Below, piece after piece: positions 1-9,979 of a stretch of DNA of 64,000 nucleotides. The DNA is from Candidatus Latescibacterota bacterium (lineage in GTDB: Bacteria > Latescibacterota > CBDEFO01): positions 736,001 through 800,000 of the forward strand of contig CBDEFO010000008.1 of assembly GCA_965237525.1 (NCBI GenBank). The letters run 5' to 3'. The notes below the pieces were generated by a model. That model was not told the origin of the DNA. It saw only the letters and a list, made by a program, of their open reading frames with translations, and did no database searches. A program made the translations under genes and the position numbers. Position 1 is the first letter of the stretch; the number at the start of each line of letters is the position of its first letter.

Positions 1-585
1 CAGCCTCGGGCCGAGGCTGCCGAACACCGGGAGGTCTTCCTCGACATCCCAGTGGATCCCATCCGGCGAGTGCGCCGCCCGCATCTCCCCCCAGTACGGG
101 GGGTAGTGTGAGAAGAGGGCCCGGTATCGCTGCGAATCATCCATAGGATTGGGGTCCTCGATCACGTTGCACGAATGGACTTGCTCGAGCCCATTGCTCC
201 CCCCCAAAACGATGTTCGTCCGGCGGCCGCCCTCCTCGACGACGTCCAGTTGCGGCTTCGTCCACTCCAGGCCGTCCTCACTTTCGGCGTAGCACTGCCG
301 CGCCGCGATCAGCCACTTCGGGTGCTCATGGCTGTGGTCAATCAGATCCTCGTACCAGCACTTGAAGAGGCCGCTGCGGGAGTCCCTCCTCACCACGTGG
401 TTGCTGCACGTAAAGTAAGGAACACGCTCCCACGGCCTGTCCTTCTTCAGGAGCGGGTTCCGCGATTCCTTGCGCGGCTCATGGAAGGTCTTGGTCAACT
501 CCTGCGAAGCCTCCACGATCGCGTTATCCAGAAACAGCTGCGTGAAGTTCCCAATCCCAAGTACGACGCTGTCCAGGCAGCTCAT
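1..585 (-). CDS. Partial (runs off window) glycosidase-like five-bladed beta-propeller protein
   Basis: Manual translation from ATG at 585: MSCLDSVVLGIGNFTQLFLDN...NPLLKKDRPWE...FKCWYED...CYAESEDGLEWTKPQL...AAHSPDGIHW; SxDGxxW repeats and QLFLD/NPLL-D-PWE pattern typical of GH32/GH130-like propeller proteins; GGAGG upstream. Not in ORF track as it lacks a stop in window. Confidence 0.7.
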   Translation of the reverse strand, partial: MSCLDSVVLGIGNFTQLFLDNAIVEASQELTKTFHEPRKESRNPLLKKDRPWERVPYFTCSNHVVRRDSRSGLFKCWYEDLIDHSHEHPKWLIAARQCYAESEDGLEWTKPQLDVVEEGGRRTNIVLGGSNGLEQVHSCNVIEDPNPMDDSQRYRALFSHYPPYWGEMRAAHSPDGIHWDVEEDLPVFGSLGPRL

Positions 586-687
586 GTGTCGTCCCTCCCG
601 AGGTTCTCTCCTCGGACTCGTGAATCCCCACGAGCCCCAGTGTGGCCACCGACTCGGCGAGAATCAGCGGCTATCTTGCTGTATTGG

Positions 688-1559
688 TTAATGTCCGTGC
701 GGATCGAAATCCCAACCGTGTTCACTCAACACGCTCAAGCCTTCCCGGTATTCGTTTCTTATCTGTTCCAGATCGGCGCCGCGGTATTCGAAGTCGAGCG
801 TGACGTTCCCATTGTAGCCGGCTCGTTGGAGCGCTTCTCGAAAATGCGTGAAGTTAACGACGCCCTGGCCTGGCGTCATCTCAAGCTGTTGTTTGCCATC
901 CTTGGTATCCGGGCCGGCGCTGTCACGCAGGTGCACGTGACGCAGACGGGGCCCAGCATTTGGGAAAACGCATCCAGGTCGTAGCCGATGATGCCCCAAT
1001 GGCTGGAATCCACAGTCGCGCCCACCGCCGGGTGATCGATCCGGTCGAAGATTTCCGCCACGTGTTCGACCGTGTCAGTTATCTGAAAGAGGTGCGGCAC
1101 CTCCAGATGCAAGCTGATGTCGAACTGCTGCGCAATGTCGGCGATGGCGCGGTATGTCTCGCACGCCGGGTGCATTTGTCGTGCCCACTTATCGCCAAAT
1201 GCGCGGCGTGCCGTGGGCCACGTGACGACCGGCACGTCCAGTTCACGCGCTGTCTCGAGATACCATCGACCCTGCGCGATGCACTCGTCACGATCGCTCT
1301 TCTGCGTATAGTCGAACCATATCGCCTTGCCGCCGCGCAGCCAGCAGGGCGCCAGGTTCATGGAAAGCACCTGCATGTCATATCTCGCAGTGACGTCCGC
1401 GACTTCGCGCACGCTCGTCTGCTGGTAGACCAGATGCGTGCAAAACTCGCCCATCTGGCTCAGTTCGATACGCGAAAAGCCCAACCCGGCCAGGCAGCTC
1501 ACCGCCGTTTCGAAGTCGAAGGCCGAAAACCCGAGCGTCGCGGCGCCGTCGATGTTCAT
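688..1559 (-). CDS. Sugar phosphate isomerase/epimerase (xylose-isomerase-like TIM barrel), apparent 1-nt frameshift near 950
   Basis: ORFs 876-1559 and 688-999 join into one protein: LHLEVPH...DSSHW...HVHLRD...PGQGVVNF...LDFEY (AP_endonuc_2 metal motifs). Break lies in a G/C run. Confidence 0.8.
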
Positions 1560-1650
1560 AGAGACCTCCCTTCAATTAGCCCAAAATTCCGGACTCAGGA
1601 CAGTCCGGCACGAAAATACACGCATGGTACGCTAGATTTCATGGCCAAAA

Positions 1651-3975
1651 CTATAAGCCTGCTGGCCGAAGGTGGTAGAGACGTGCTTGAAAGTCACGTC
1701 TGAGTTTGACTTCAAAAGTCCGTTTTCTCGCATTCAAACGAGCCACCACCTCATCGGTGAAAAGATCAACCACCTCCAGACTGGCCTGCCCCGGTACCGT
1801 TACCTTAGCCCGCGCAGCTCCAGGTGAGTAGTCCGAGACAAGTAAGACAGTTTCGTCTCCCTGTTTCCTTGCCAGCAGATTCGCCGATTCAGTGTCAGCG
1901 GTGTATCCAGCCTGAATCCCGCCGTCCAGAATGATGTCCTCAACGGGAGAAAACATCTTGATCGCCTCGGACATATCCGCCAGATGACCGGTGGTCGCTC
2001 CCAGGAAGTATCCCCAGGCAATCACGCCCTGCGAGCCGCCCATGAGGGCTTCGAGCACCTGAGACCGGGCGTCGCCCGGCGGGCTCCACTGGTACCCGGG
2101 GCAAATCGCGATCACGAGCTTCTTACCCGTCAGCGGTGCAAGCCGGGCGACTGTCTTGCGCACGCCGTAGGCGTCCTCATAGACCATGTTCGCGACGTAG
2201 TCCAGCACGGTCGCTAGTGATTCGTTGCAGTGCAGGCCGTGGAGCGGCCCGCCCCCGATGTAGGCCCCGAGCATCGTCCGCTCCGTCGTCTTCACGCCGT
2301 TCTCTTCGACGGCCTTGTGGAATGCATCCCGCATGATCCCGTACGCTTCGGCCACCAGGTCGCAGCGGAATCGCAGCCATGCATCGTAATGCTTGCGGTA
2401 CTTATGCGGCCGCCTGGCGAACACGTTGGGCTCAACGCCCGCTAGCTCCGGCTCGTGCCCGGCCACCCACTCCTTCCATCGCTGGATGGTGCGGGGGTGA
2501 AAACCGATGGCGGCGCTGTTGGCTGAGCCCATGTAGTACTCGTCGTCGAGCGTCAGGGCCGACGACACCGTGGCTCTGTTCTTGATACGGTCGATATAGT
2601 GCTGCAAGGCGGGGCCCCGGTATGAAGGGGATATCAGTCCCTCCTTGGTAGGATTTCCGTCCAACGTCACTGCCAGGGCCTCGGGGTACTTCTCATCGAC
2701 GGTAGGGCCGCCGGACAAGCCGGCAGCGCCGTACATGCCGTTCTTGTAGAACCCGCGAGCGTCACCTTTGCCCCACGTCTCAAGGTGGTTGAACCCGAAA
2801 CGCTTGAGGTCACGGACCATGGCCGGTTCGCTGTCGTCCCAAATATAGGGCGTATAAGTGTCAATGCCGAGGGTCATCATGGCGCGGTTGGGCGCGGCGA
2901 CATCCGGCAGCGCGATGCCCTTGAACCGCACGGGAGTCGGAAGCTGATACCCGCCCTTCCACTCGAACTGGACGTATCCCACCGCGTCCTCGCCGGGGGC
3001 GAGTTCGCTGTCGACCACCAAATAGTTGCCGCCCGCCGGCAGCTCGACGCGCTGAAATCCATTTGACATCTGGCTGACGCTCGGGGTGATTTTTCTGTTC
3101 TGATGCTTTCGGAAGCGCACACCGGGCGGAAGGGCTAACGAAACTCGCCCCTCCGGCGCCTCCGCATTCATCCCGCCGATGATGTACAGGGGATTCGGGA
3201 ACCCTTTGGCCACGCGGCAGACAGCTCCTTTCGGCAAGGCATAGCCGTGCTTGTTGCGTTCGGGGTCGACGGGCGGACCATACTGCCAGGGGTGGCGATT
3301 ATTAACCGAGGAGTAGTACCAAGCGGCCTCGACTTGGCCGACCTCACGAACCGACGGCGCCGAAAAGAGCAGCTCCCCGCTCCATCCGCCGCCGACTCCC
3401 ACGGTGCGCCCCCCACCACCCATCGTCAGGGTCATGCGATCCTGATCCGCCGAATTGGCAAACGCGTGAAGAGGGCGCCAACCTTTCTGGGGCCACTCGA
3501 AGGAATCGTAGATAAAGGTCTGGCCGGCGTAGCTGCTGCGGCCGCCCTTCAGGGTGATGCTGGGGGAGAAGTCGAAGGAAGCCATACCCTCCGTGTTCAC
3601 CCAGATCTCGGCAACGTACCAGCGCCAGGGCTGGACCTGGATCTCCTGACTGATGCGGGAGGCGCCCAACTCGTCGTGGTAGATGCGAATGGCTGCAGCG
3701 CCCGGCTGCTGGCCTGGCAGCAGGGGTCTGTTGGAGGTGCCTACGACTTCTGCCGGCTGCCTGACAGCCTCCACCGTGCACTCGCTCTTCTGGTCCTTGG
3801 CTATCTCCAGCTTCCATCCGAAGTCGCTGTCGCCGGGTTTGCCCTGGCTGAAACCGCTGTTTACAAGCAGGTTCCCGTGATTGTCGGCGGCAGCAGCACA
3901 GGCCAGATCCCCGATAAAGTCATTCGGGGACAGGCCCAGAATCAACATCCCCATCCAGACACTCTTCATAGTCAT
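1651..3975 (-). CDS. Secreted ~770-aa protein, N-terminal carbohydrate-binding-like domain + putative glycoside-hydrolase-like TIM barrel (array copy A1)
   Basis: 774-aa ORF, AGGAG RBS, signal-peptide-like N-terminus, GNLLVNSGF CBM4/9-like start, LDDE and WLRFRCDLV motifs resembling GH42-type barrels. Function is inferred. Confidence 0.75.
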   Translation of the reverse strand: MTMKSVWMGMLILGLSPNDFIGDLACAAAADNHGNLLVNSGFSQGKPGDSDFGWKLEIAKDQKSECTVEAVRQPAEVVGTSNRPLLPGQQPGAAAIRIYHDELGASRISQEIQVQPWRWYVAEIWVNTEGMASFDFSPSITLKGGRSSYAGQTFIYDSFEWPQKGWRPLHAFANSADQDRMTLTMGGGGRTVGVGGGWSGELLFSAPSVREVGQVEAAWYYSSVNNRHPWQYGPPVDPERNKHGYALPKGAVCRVAKGFPNPLYIIGGMNAEAPEGRVSLALPPGVRFRKHQNRKITPSVSQMSNGFQRVELPAGGNYLVVDSELAPGEDAVGYVQFEWKGGYQLPTPVRFKGIALPDVAAPNRAMMTLGIDTYTPYIWDDSEPAMVRDLKRFGFNHLETWGKGDARGFYKNGMYGAAGLSGGPTVDEKYPEALAVTLDGNPTKEGLISPSYRGPALQHYIDRIKNRATVSSALTLDDEYYMGSANSAAIGFHPRTIQRWKEWVAGHEPELAGVEPNVFARRPHKYRKHYDAWLRFRCDLVAEAYGIMRDAFHKAVEENGVKTTERTMLGAYIGGGPLHGLHCNESLATVLDYVANMVYEDAYGVRKTVARLAPLTGKKLVIAICPGYQWSPPGDARSQVLEALMGGSQGVIAWGYFLGATTGHLADMSEAIKMFSPVEDIILDGGIQAGYTADTESANLLARKQGDETVLLVSDYSPGAARAKVTVPGQASLEVVDLFTDEVVARLNARKRTFEVKLRRDFQARLYHLRPAGL

Positions 3976-4403
3976 CTCCTTTTTCTCCTTTCATGAATGT
4001 CGCTTACGTCTGAAAATGCATTCCCCGATAGAGTCATTCGGGGACAGGCCCAGAATCAACATCCCCATCCAGACACTACTTCATAGTCATCTCCTTTTTC
4101 TCCTTTCATGAATGTCGCTTACGTCTGAAAATGCATTCCCCGATAGAGTCATTCGGGGACAGGCCCCCGATAGAGTCATTCGGGGACAGGACTTTGGACA
4201 AGCCCATTACCAACAACTGAGACCATAGCAGAGATCAGCCGCCAATCGACGCTTCCCGGCGGAAGCAATCCCCGATAGAGTCACGGTTCGGGGACAGGAC
4301 TTTGGACAAGCCCATTACCAACAACTGAGACCATAGCAGAGATCAGCCGCCAATCGACGCTTCCCGGCGGAAGCAATCCCCGATAGAGTCATTCGGGACA
4401 GGC
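3908..4403. repeat. Cluster of six TCCCCGATARAGTCATTCGGGGA(CAGG) palindromes within ~110-bp direct duplications
   Basis: Copies at 3908, 4022, 4137, 4164, 4269, 4377. Confidence 0.85.
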
Positions 4404-4594
4404 ACACCTGTCGCGCCGAGATCCCTGCCTACGTGATCTTAACATCGTGCTTGACGCTTACTTCGATCAGATTGTAGCCGAGGCCGATGGCGTCCGGGCG
4501 CACATCGGCCTCGGCTGAGGTTCTTTCCATCCGGATGCTCTGACGTGTTCGGCTTCGGAAAGGTTTGGCCACGAGCTCTCCTCCAAAATAAGTG

Positions 4595-6941
4595 CTATGA
4601 GTTATCTGCTGGCCGAAGGTGGTAGAGACGTGCTTGAAAGTCACGTCTGAGTTTGACTTCAAAAGTCCGTTTTCTCGCATTCAAACGAGCCACCACCTCA
4701 TCGGTGAAAAGATCAACCACCTCCAGACTGGCCTGCCCCGGTACCGTTACCTTAGCCCGCGCAGCTCCAGGTGAGTAGTCCGAGACAAGTAAGTAAGACA
4801 GTTTCGTCTCCCTGTTTCCTTGCCAGCAGATTCGCCGATTCAGTGTCAGCGGTGTATCCAGCCTGAATCCCGCCGTCCAGAATGATGTCCTCAACGGGAG
4901 AAAACATCTTGATCGCCTCGGACATATCCGCCAGATGACCGGTGGTCGCTCCCAGGAAGTATCCCCAGGCAATCACGCCCTGCGAGCCGCCCATGAGGGC
5001 TTCGAGCACCTGAGACCGGGCGTCGCCCGGCGGGCTCCACTGGTACCCGGGGCAAATCGCGATCACGAGCTTCTTACCCGTCAGCGGTGCAAGCCGGGCG
5101 ACTGTCTTGCGCACGCCGTAGGCGTCCTCATAGACCATGTTCGCGACGTAGTCCAGCACGGTCGCTAGTGATTCGTTGCAGTGCAGGCCGTGGAGCGGCC
5201 CGCCCCCGATGTAGGCCCCGAGCATCGTCCGCTCCGTCGTCTTCACGCCGTTCTCTTCGACGGCCTTGTGGAATGCATCCCGCATGATCCCGTACCTTTC
5301 GGCCACCAGGTCGCAGCGGAATCGCAGCCATGCATCGTAATGCTTGCGGTACTTGTGCGGCCGCCTGGCGAACACGTTGGGCTCAACGCCCGCTAGCTCC
5401 GGCTCGTGCCCGGCCACCCACTCCTTCCAGCGCTGGATGGTGCGGGGGTGAAAACCGATGGCGGCGCTGTTGGCTGAGCCGAGGTAGCCCTCGTCGTCGA
5501 GCGTCAGGGCCGACGACACCGTGCCTCTGGCCTTGATAAGGTCGATAAAGGGCTGCAAGGCGGGGCCCCGGTATGAAGGGGATAACAGTCTCTCCTTGGA
5601 GGGATTCCCGTCCAACGTGACTGCCAGGGCCTCGGGGTTCTTCTCATTCCCCACTTCCCCCAAGACGCGAGGGCCGCCGGACAAGCCGGCAGCGCCGTAT
5701 ATGCCGTTCTTGTAGAACCCGCGAGGGTCACCCCAGCCCCACACCTCAAGGTGGTTGAACCCGAAACGCTTGATGTCACGGACCATGGCCGGTTCGCTGT
5801 CGTCCCAAATATAGGCCGTTAAAGTGTTAATGCCGAGGGTCATCATGGCGCGGTTGGGCGCGGCGACATCCGGCAGCGCGATGCCCTTGAACCGCACGGG
5901 AGTCGGAAGCTGATACCCGCCCTTCCACTCGAACTGGACGTATCCCACCGCGTCCTCGCCGGGGGCGAGTTCGCTGTCGACCACCAAATAGTTGCCGCCC
6001 GCCGGCAGCTCGACGCGCTGAAATCCATTTGACATCTGGCTGACGCTCGGGGTGATTTTTCTGTTCTGATGCTTTCGGAAGCGCACACCGGGCGGAAGGG
6101 CTAACGAAACTCGCCCCTCCGGCGCCTCCGCATTCATCCCGCCGATGATGTACAGGGGATTCGGGAACCCTTTGGCCACGCGGCAGACAGCTCCTTTCGG
6201 CAAGGCATAGCCGTGCTTGTTGCGTTCGGGGTCGACGGGCGGACCATACTGCCAGGGGTGGCGATTATTAACCGAGGAGTAGTACCAAGCGGCCTCGACT
6301 TGGCCGACCTCACGAACCGACGGCGCCGAAAAGAGCAGCTCCCCGCTCCATCCGCCGCCGACTCCCACGGTGCGCCCCCCACCACCCATCGTCAGGGTCA
6401 TGCGATCCTGATCCGCCGAATTGGCAAACGCGTGAAGAGGGCGCCAACCTTTCTGGGGCCACTCGAAGGAATCGTAGATAAAGGTCTGGCCGGCGTAGCT
6501 GCTGCGGCCGCCCTTCAGGGTGATGCTGGGGGAGAAGTCGAAGGAAGCCATACCCTCCGTGTTCACCCAGATCTCGGCAACGTACCAGCGCCAGGGCTGG
6601 ACCTGGATCTCCTGACTGATGCGGGAGGCGCCCAACTCGTCGTGGTAGATGCGAATGGCTGCAGCGCCCGGCTGCTGGCCTGGCAGCAGGGGTCTGTTGG
6701 AGGTGCCTACGACTTCTGCCGGCTGCCTGACAGCCTCCACCGTGCACTCGCTCTTCTGGTCCTTGGCTATCTCCAGCTTCCATCCGAAGTCGCTGTCGCC
6801 GGGTTTGCCCTGGCTGAAACCGCTGTTTACAAGCAGGTTCCCGTGATTGTCGGCGGCAGCAGCACAGGCCAGATCCCCGATAAAGTCATTCGGGGACAGG
6901 CCCAGAATCAACATCCCCATCCAGACACTCTTCATAGTCAT
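4595..6941 (-). CDS. Array copy A2, frameshifted near 4790 by a 4-nt AAGT duplication
   Basis: Near-identical to A1; ORF 4752-6941 continues in ORF 4595-4972 (VSDYSPGAARAK...YHLRPADNS); sequence reads acaagtaagtaagac versus acaagtaagac in A1. Confidence 0.75.
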
Positions 6942-7101
6942 CTCCTTTTTCTCCTTTCATGAATGTCGCTTACGTCTGAATGCATTCCCCGATAGAGTCA
7001 TTCGGGGACAGGCCCCCGATAGAGTCATTCGGGGACAGGCACACCTGTCGCGCCGAGATCCCTGCCCACGTGATCTGGATACCTTCCTCGGAGTTCACTT
7101 T

Positions 7102-7250
7102 GTAGGGGCGAACCCCGATTGAATCTATCGGGGTCCACTCGCCCGCAAGGGCAGACACACGGGTCTGCTGACCCCCCTTTTAGTCCCCCCTTGTTAAGGG
7201 GGGATACAGAGGGGTTGAATGTAGGGGCGAACACGCGGGTTAGCCCAGTA
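7102..7250. repeat. Composite REP cluster (GTAGGGGCGAAC..., CCCCCCTTGTTAAGGGGGG hairpin, nested CCCCGAT palindrome)
   Basis: Inserted within the gene-B remnant between A3 and A2; related CCCCCCTTATCAAGGGGGG hairpin at ~42946. Confidence 0.7.
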
Positions 7251-7361
7251 GTCGGGGCGTCCGGGCGCACATCGGCCTCGGCTGAGGTTCTTTCCATCCG
7301 GATGCTCTGACGTGTTCGGCTTCGGAAAGGTTTGGCCATGGGCTAACCTCCAAAATAAGTG

Positions 7362-9683
7362 CTATGAGTTATCTGCTGGCCGAAGGTGGTAGAGACGTGC
7401 TTGAAAGTCACGTCTGAGTTTGACTTCAAAAGTCCGTTTTCTCGCATTCAAACGAGCCACCACCTCATCGGTGAAAAGATCGACCACCTCCAGGCTGGCC
7501 TGCCCCGGTACCGTTACCTTCACCCGCGCACCTCCAGGTGAGTAGTCCGAGATAAGTAAGACAGTTTCGTCGCCCTGTTTCCTTGCAAGCAGATTCGCCG
7601 ATTCAGTGTCAGCGGCGTATCCAGCCTGAATCCTGCCGTCCAGAATGATGTCCTCAACGGGGGAAAACATCTTGATCGCCTCGGACATATCCACCAGGTG
7701 ACCGGTGGTCGCTCCCATGTAGTATCCCCAGGCAATCACGCCCTGCGAGCCGCCCATGAGGGCTTCGAGCACCTGAGACCGGGCGTCGCCCGGCGGGCTC
7801 CACTGGTACCCGGGGGAAATCGCGATCACGAGCTTCTTACCCGTCAGCGGTGCAAGCCGGGCGACTTGCTTGCGCACGCCGTAGGCGTCCTCATAGACCA
7901 TGTTCGCGACATAGTCGAGCACGGGCGCTAGTGATTCGTTGCAGTGCAGGCCGTGGAGCGGCCCGCCCCCGATGTAGGCCCCGAGCATCGTCCGCTCCGT
8001 CGTCTTCACGCCGTTCTCTTCGACGGCCTTGTGGAATGCATCCCGCATGATCCCGTACGCTTCGGCCACCAGGTCGCAGCGGAATCGCAGCCATGCATCG
8101 TAATGCTTGCGGTACTTATGCGGCCGTCTGGCGAACACATTGGGCTCAACGCCCGTTAGCTCCGGCTCGTGCCCGGCTACCCACTCCTTCCAGCGCTGGA
8201 TGGTGCGGGGGTGAAAACCGATGGCGGCGCTCTTGGCCGAGGCGAGATAGTTCTCGTCGTTGAGCGTCAGGGCGGACGACATCGTGGCCGTTTGCTTGAT
8301 ACGGTCGATAAAAGGCTGCAATGCGGGGCCCCGGTATGAAGGGGATATCAGGTCCTCCTTGGTGGGATTTCCGTCCAACGTCACTGCCAGGGCCTCGGGG
8401 TTCTTCTCCATGACGCGAGGGCCACCCCCCCAGGCAGTGACACCGTAAATGCCGTTCTTGTAGTACCCGCGAGGGTCACCGCCCCACACCTCAAGGTGGT
8501 TGAACCCGAAATGCTTGAGGTCGCGGACCATGGCCGGTTGATTGTCGTCCCAGTTATAGACCGTCCCACCGCCAATGCCGAGAGTCATCATGGCGCGGTT
8601 GGGCGCGGCGACATCCGGCAGCGCGATGCCCTTGAACCGCACGGGAGTCGGAAGCTGATACCCGCCCTTCCACTCAAACTGGACGTATCCCACCGCGTCC
8701 TCGCCGGGGGCGAGTTCGCTGTCGACCACCAAATAGTTGCCGCCCGCCGGCAGCTCGACGCGCTGAAATCCATTTGACATCTGGCTGACGCTCGGGGTGA
8801 TTTTTCTGTTCTGGTGCTTTCGGAAGCGCACGCCGGGCGGAAGGGCTAACGAAACTCGCCCCTCCGGCGCCTCCGCATTCATCCCGTCGGTGATGTACAG
8901 GGGATTCGGGAACCCTTTGGCCACGCGGCAGACATCTCCTTTCTGGAGTGCATAGCCGTGCTCGTTGCGTTCGGGGTCGATGGGCGGACCATACGCGGAG
9001 GGGTGGCGATTACTAACCGAGGAGTAGTACCCAGCGGCCTCGACGAGGCTGACCTCACGAACGGACGGCGCCGAAAAGAGCAACTCCCCACTCCATCCGC
9101 CGCCGACTCGTACGGTGTGATGCCCACCACCCATCGTCAGGGTCATGCGATCCTGATCCGCCGAATGGGCGATCACGTGAAGAGGGCGCCACCCTTTCTG
9201 GGGCCAGTCGAAGGAATCGTAGATAAAGCTCTCGCCGGCAATGCTGCGGCCGCCCTTCAGGGAGATGGTGGGGGAGAAGTCGAAGGTAGCCATACCCTCC
9301 GTGTTCACCCAGATCTCGGCAACGTACCAGCGCCAGGGCTGGACCTCGATCTCCTGAGTGATGTGGGAGGCGCCTAACTCGTCGTGGTAGATGCGAATGG
9401 CTGTAGCGCCCGGCCGCTGGCCTGGCAGCACCGGTCTGTAGGAGGTGCCTACAACTTCTGCCGGCTGACTGACAGTCTCCACCGTGCACTCGCTCTTCTG
9501 GTCCTTGGCTATCTCCAGCTTCCATCCGAAGTCGCTGTCGCCGGGCTTGCCCTGGCTGAAATCGCTGTTTACAAGCAGGTTCCCGTCATTGTCGGCGGCG
9601 GCAGCACAGGCCAGATCCCCGATAAAGTCATTCGGGGACAGGCCCAGAATCAACATCCCCATCCAGACACTCTTCATAGTCAT
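7362..9683 (-). CDS. Array copy A3 (intact, 773 aa)
   Basis: Full-length paralogue of A1, colinear end to end. Confidence 0.8.
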   Translation of the reverse strand: MTMKSVWMGMLILGLSPNDFIGDLACAAAADNDGNLLVNSDFSQGKPGDSDFGWKLEIAKDQKSECTVETVSQPAEVVGTSYRPVLPGQRPGATAIRIYHDELGASHITQEIEVQPWRWYVAEIWVNTEGMATFDFSPTISLKGGRSIAGESFIYDSFDWPQKGWRPLHVIAHSADQDRMTLTMGGGHHTVRVGGGWSGELLFSAPSVREVSLVEAAGYYSSVSNRHPSAYGPPIDPERNEHGYALQKGDVCRVAKGFPNPLYITDGMNAEAPEGRVSLALPPGVRFRKHQNRKITPSVSQMSNGFQRVELPAGGNYLVVDSELAPGEDAVGYVQFEWKGGYQLPTPVRFKGIALPDVAAPNRAMMTLGIGGGTVYNWDDNQPAMVRDLKHFGFNHLEVWGGDPRGYYKNGIYGVTAWGGGPRVMEKNPEALAVTLDGNPTKEDLISPSYRGPALQPFIDRIKQTATMSSALTLNDENYLASAKSAAIGFHPRTIQRWKEWVAGHEPELTGVEPNVFARRPHKYRKHYDAWLRFRCDLVAEAYGIMRDAFHKAVEENGVKTTERTMLGAYIGGGPLHGLHCNESLAPVLDYVANMVYEDAYGVRKQVARLAPLTGKKLVIAISPGYQWSPPGDARSQVLEALMGGSQGVIAWGYYMGATTGHLVDMSEAIKMFSPVEDIILDGRIQAGYAADTESANLLARKQGDETVLLISDYSPGGARVKVTVPGQASLEVVDLFTDEVVARLNARKRTFEVKLRRDFQARLYHLRPADNS

Positions 9684-9979
9684 CTCCTTTTTCTCCTTTC
9701 ATGAATATCGCTTACGTCTGAAACTCCATCCCCCGATAGAATCATTCGGGGATAGGCCCCAGACGTGAAATTGTCGCGCTTCCTGGATTCCCGTTTTCAC
9801 GGGAATGACATTCATTCATATAGCTTCAATCGGGGAGGCCCCCTACGCTGTGTCTTTTCTCTCCACTTTCTCCCCACAAATTCATTATACTACCAGGTGC
9901 ATATCAGGAAGGCATCCGGATGCTCTGACGTATTCGACTTCGGCAAGGCCCGGCCATGGGCTAACCTCCAAAACAAGTG

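Noticed and set aside
175..1703. Long plus-strand ORFs 175-984 and 960-1703 (and similar antisense ORFs over the array, nuo and TolB genes)
   Set aside because: Shadow ORFs opposite well-supported genes in GC-rich coding DNA; no recognisable motifs.
3908..4403. Possible CRISPR array (27-bp palindromic repeats at ~110-bp spacing)
   Set aside because: Intervening sequences are duplicates of each other and of gene leaders, spacing is irregular, the repeat is dispersed across the window, and no cas genes are present.
2340..5830. Diversity-generating retroelement VR/TR pair
   Set aside because: Differences include indels and are not confined to adenines, both copies are whole genes, and no reverse transcriptase is in the window.
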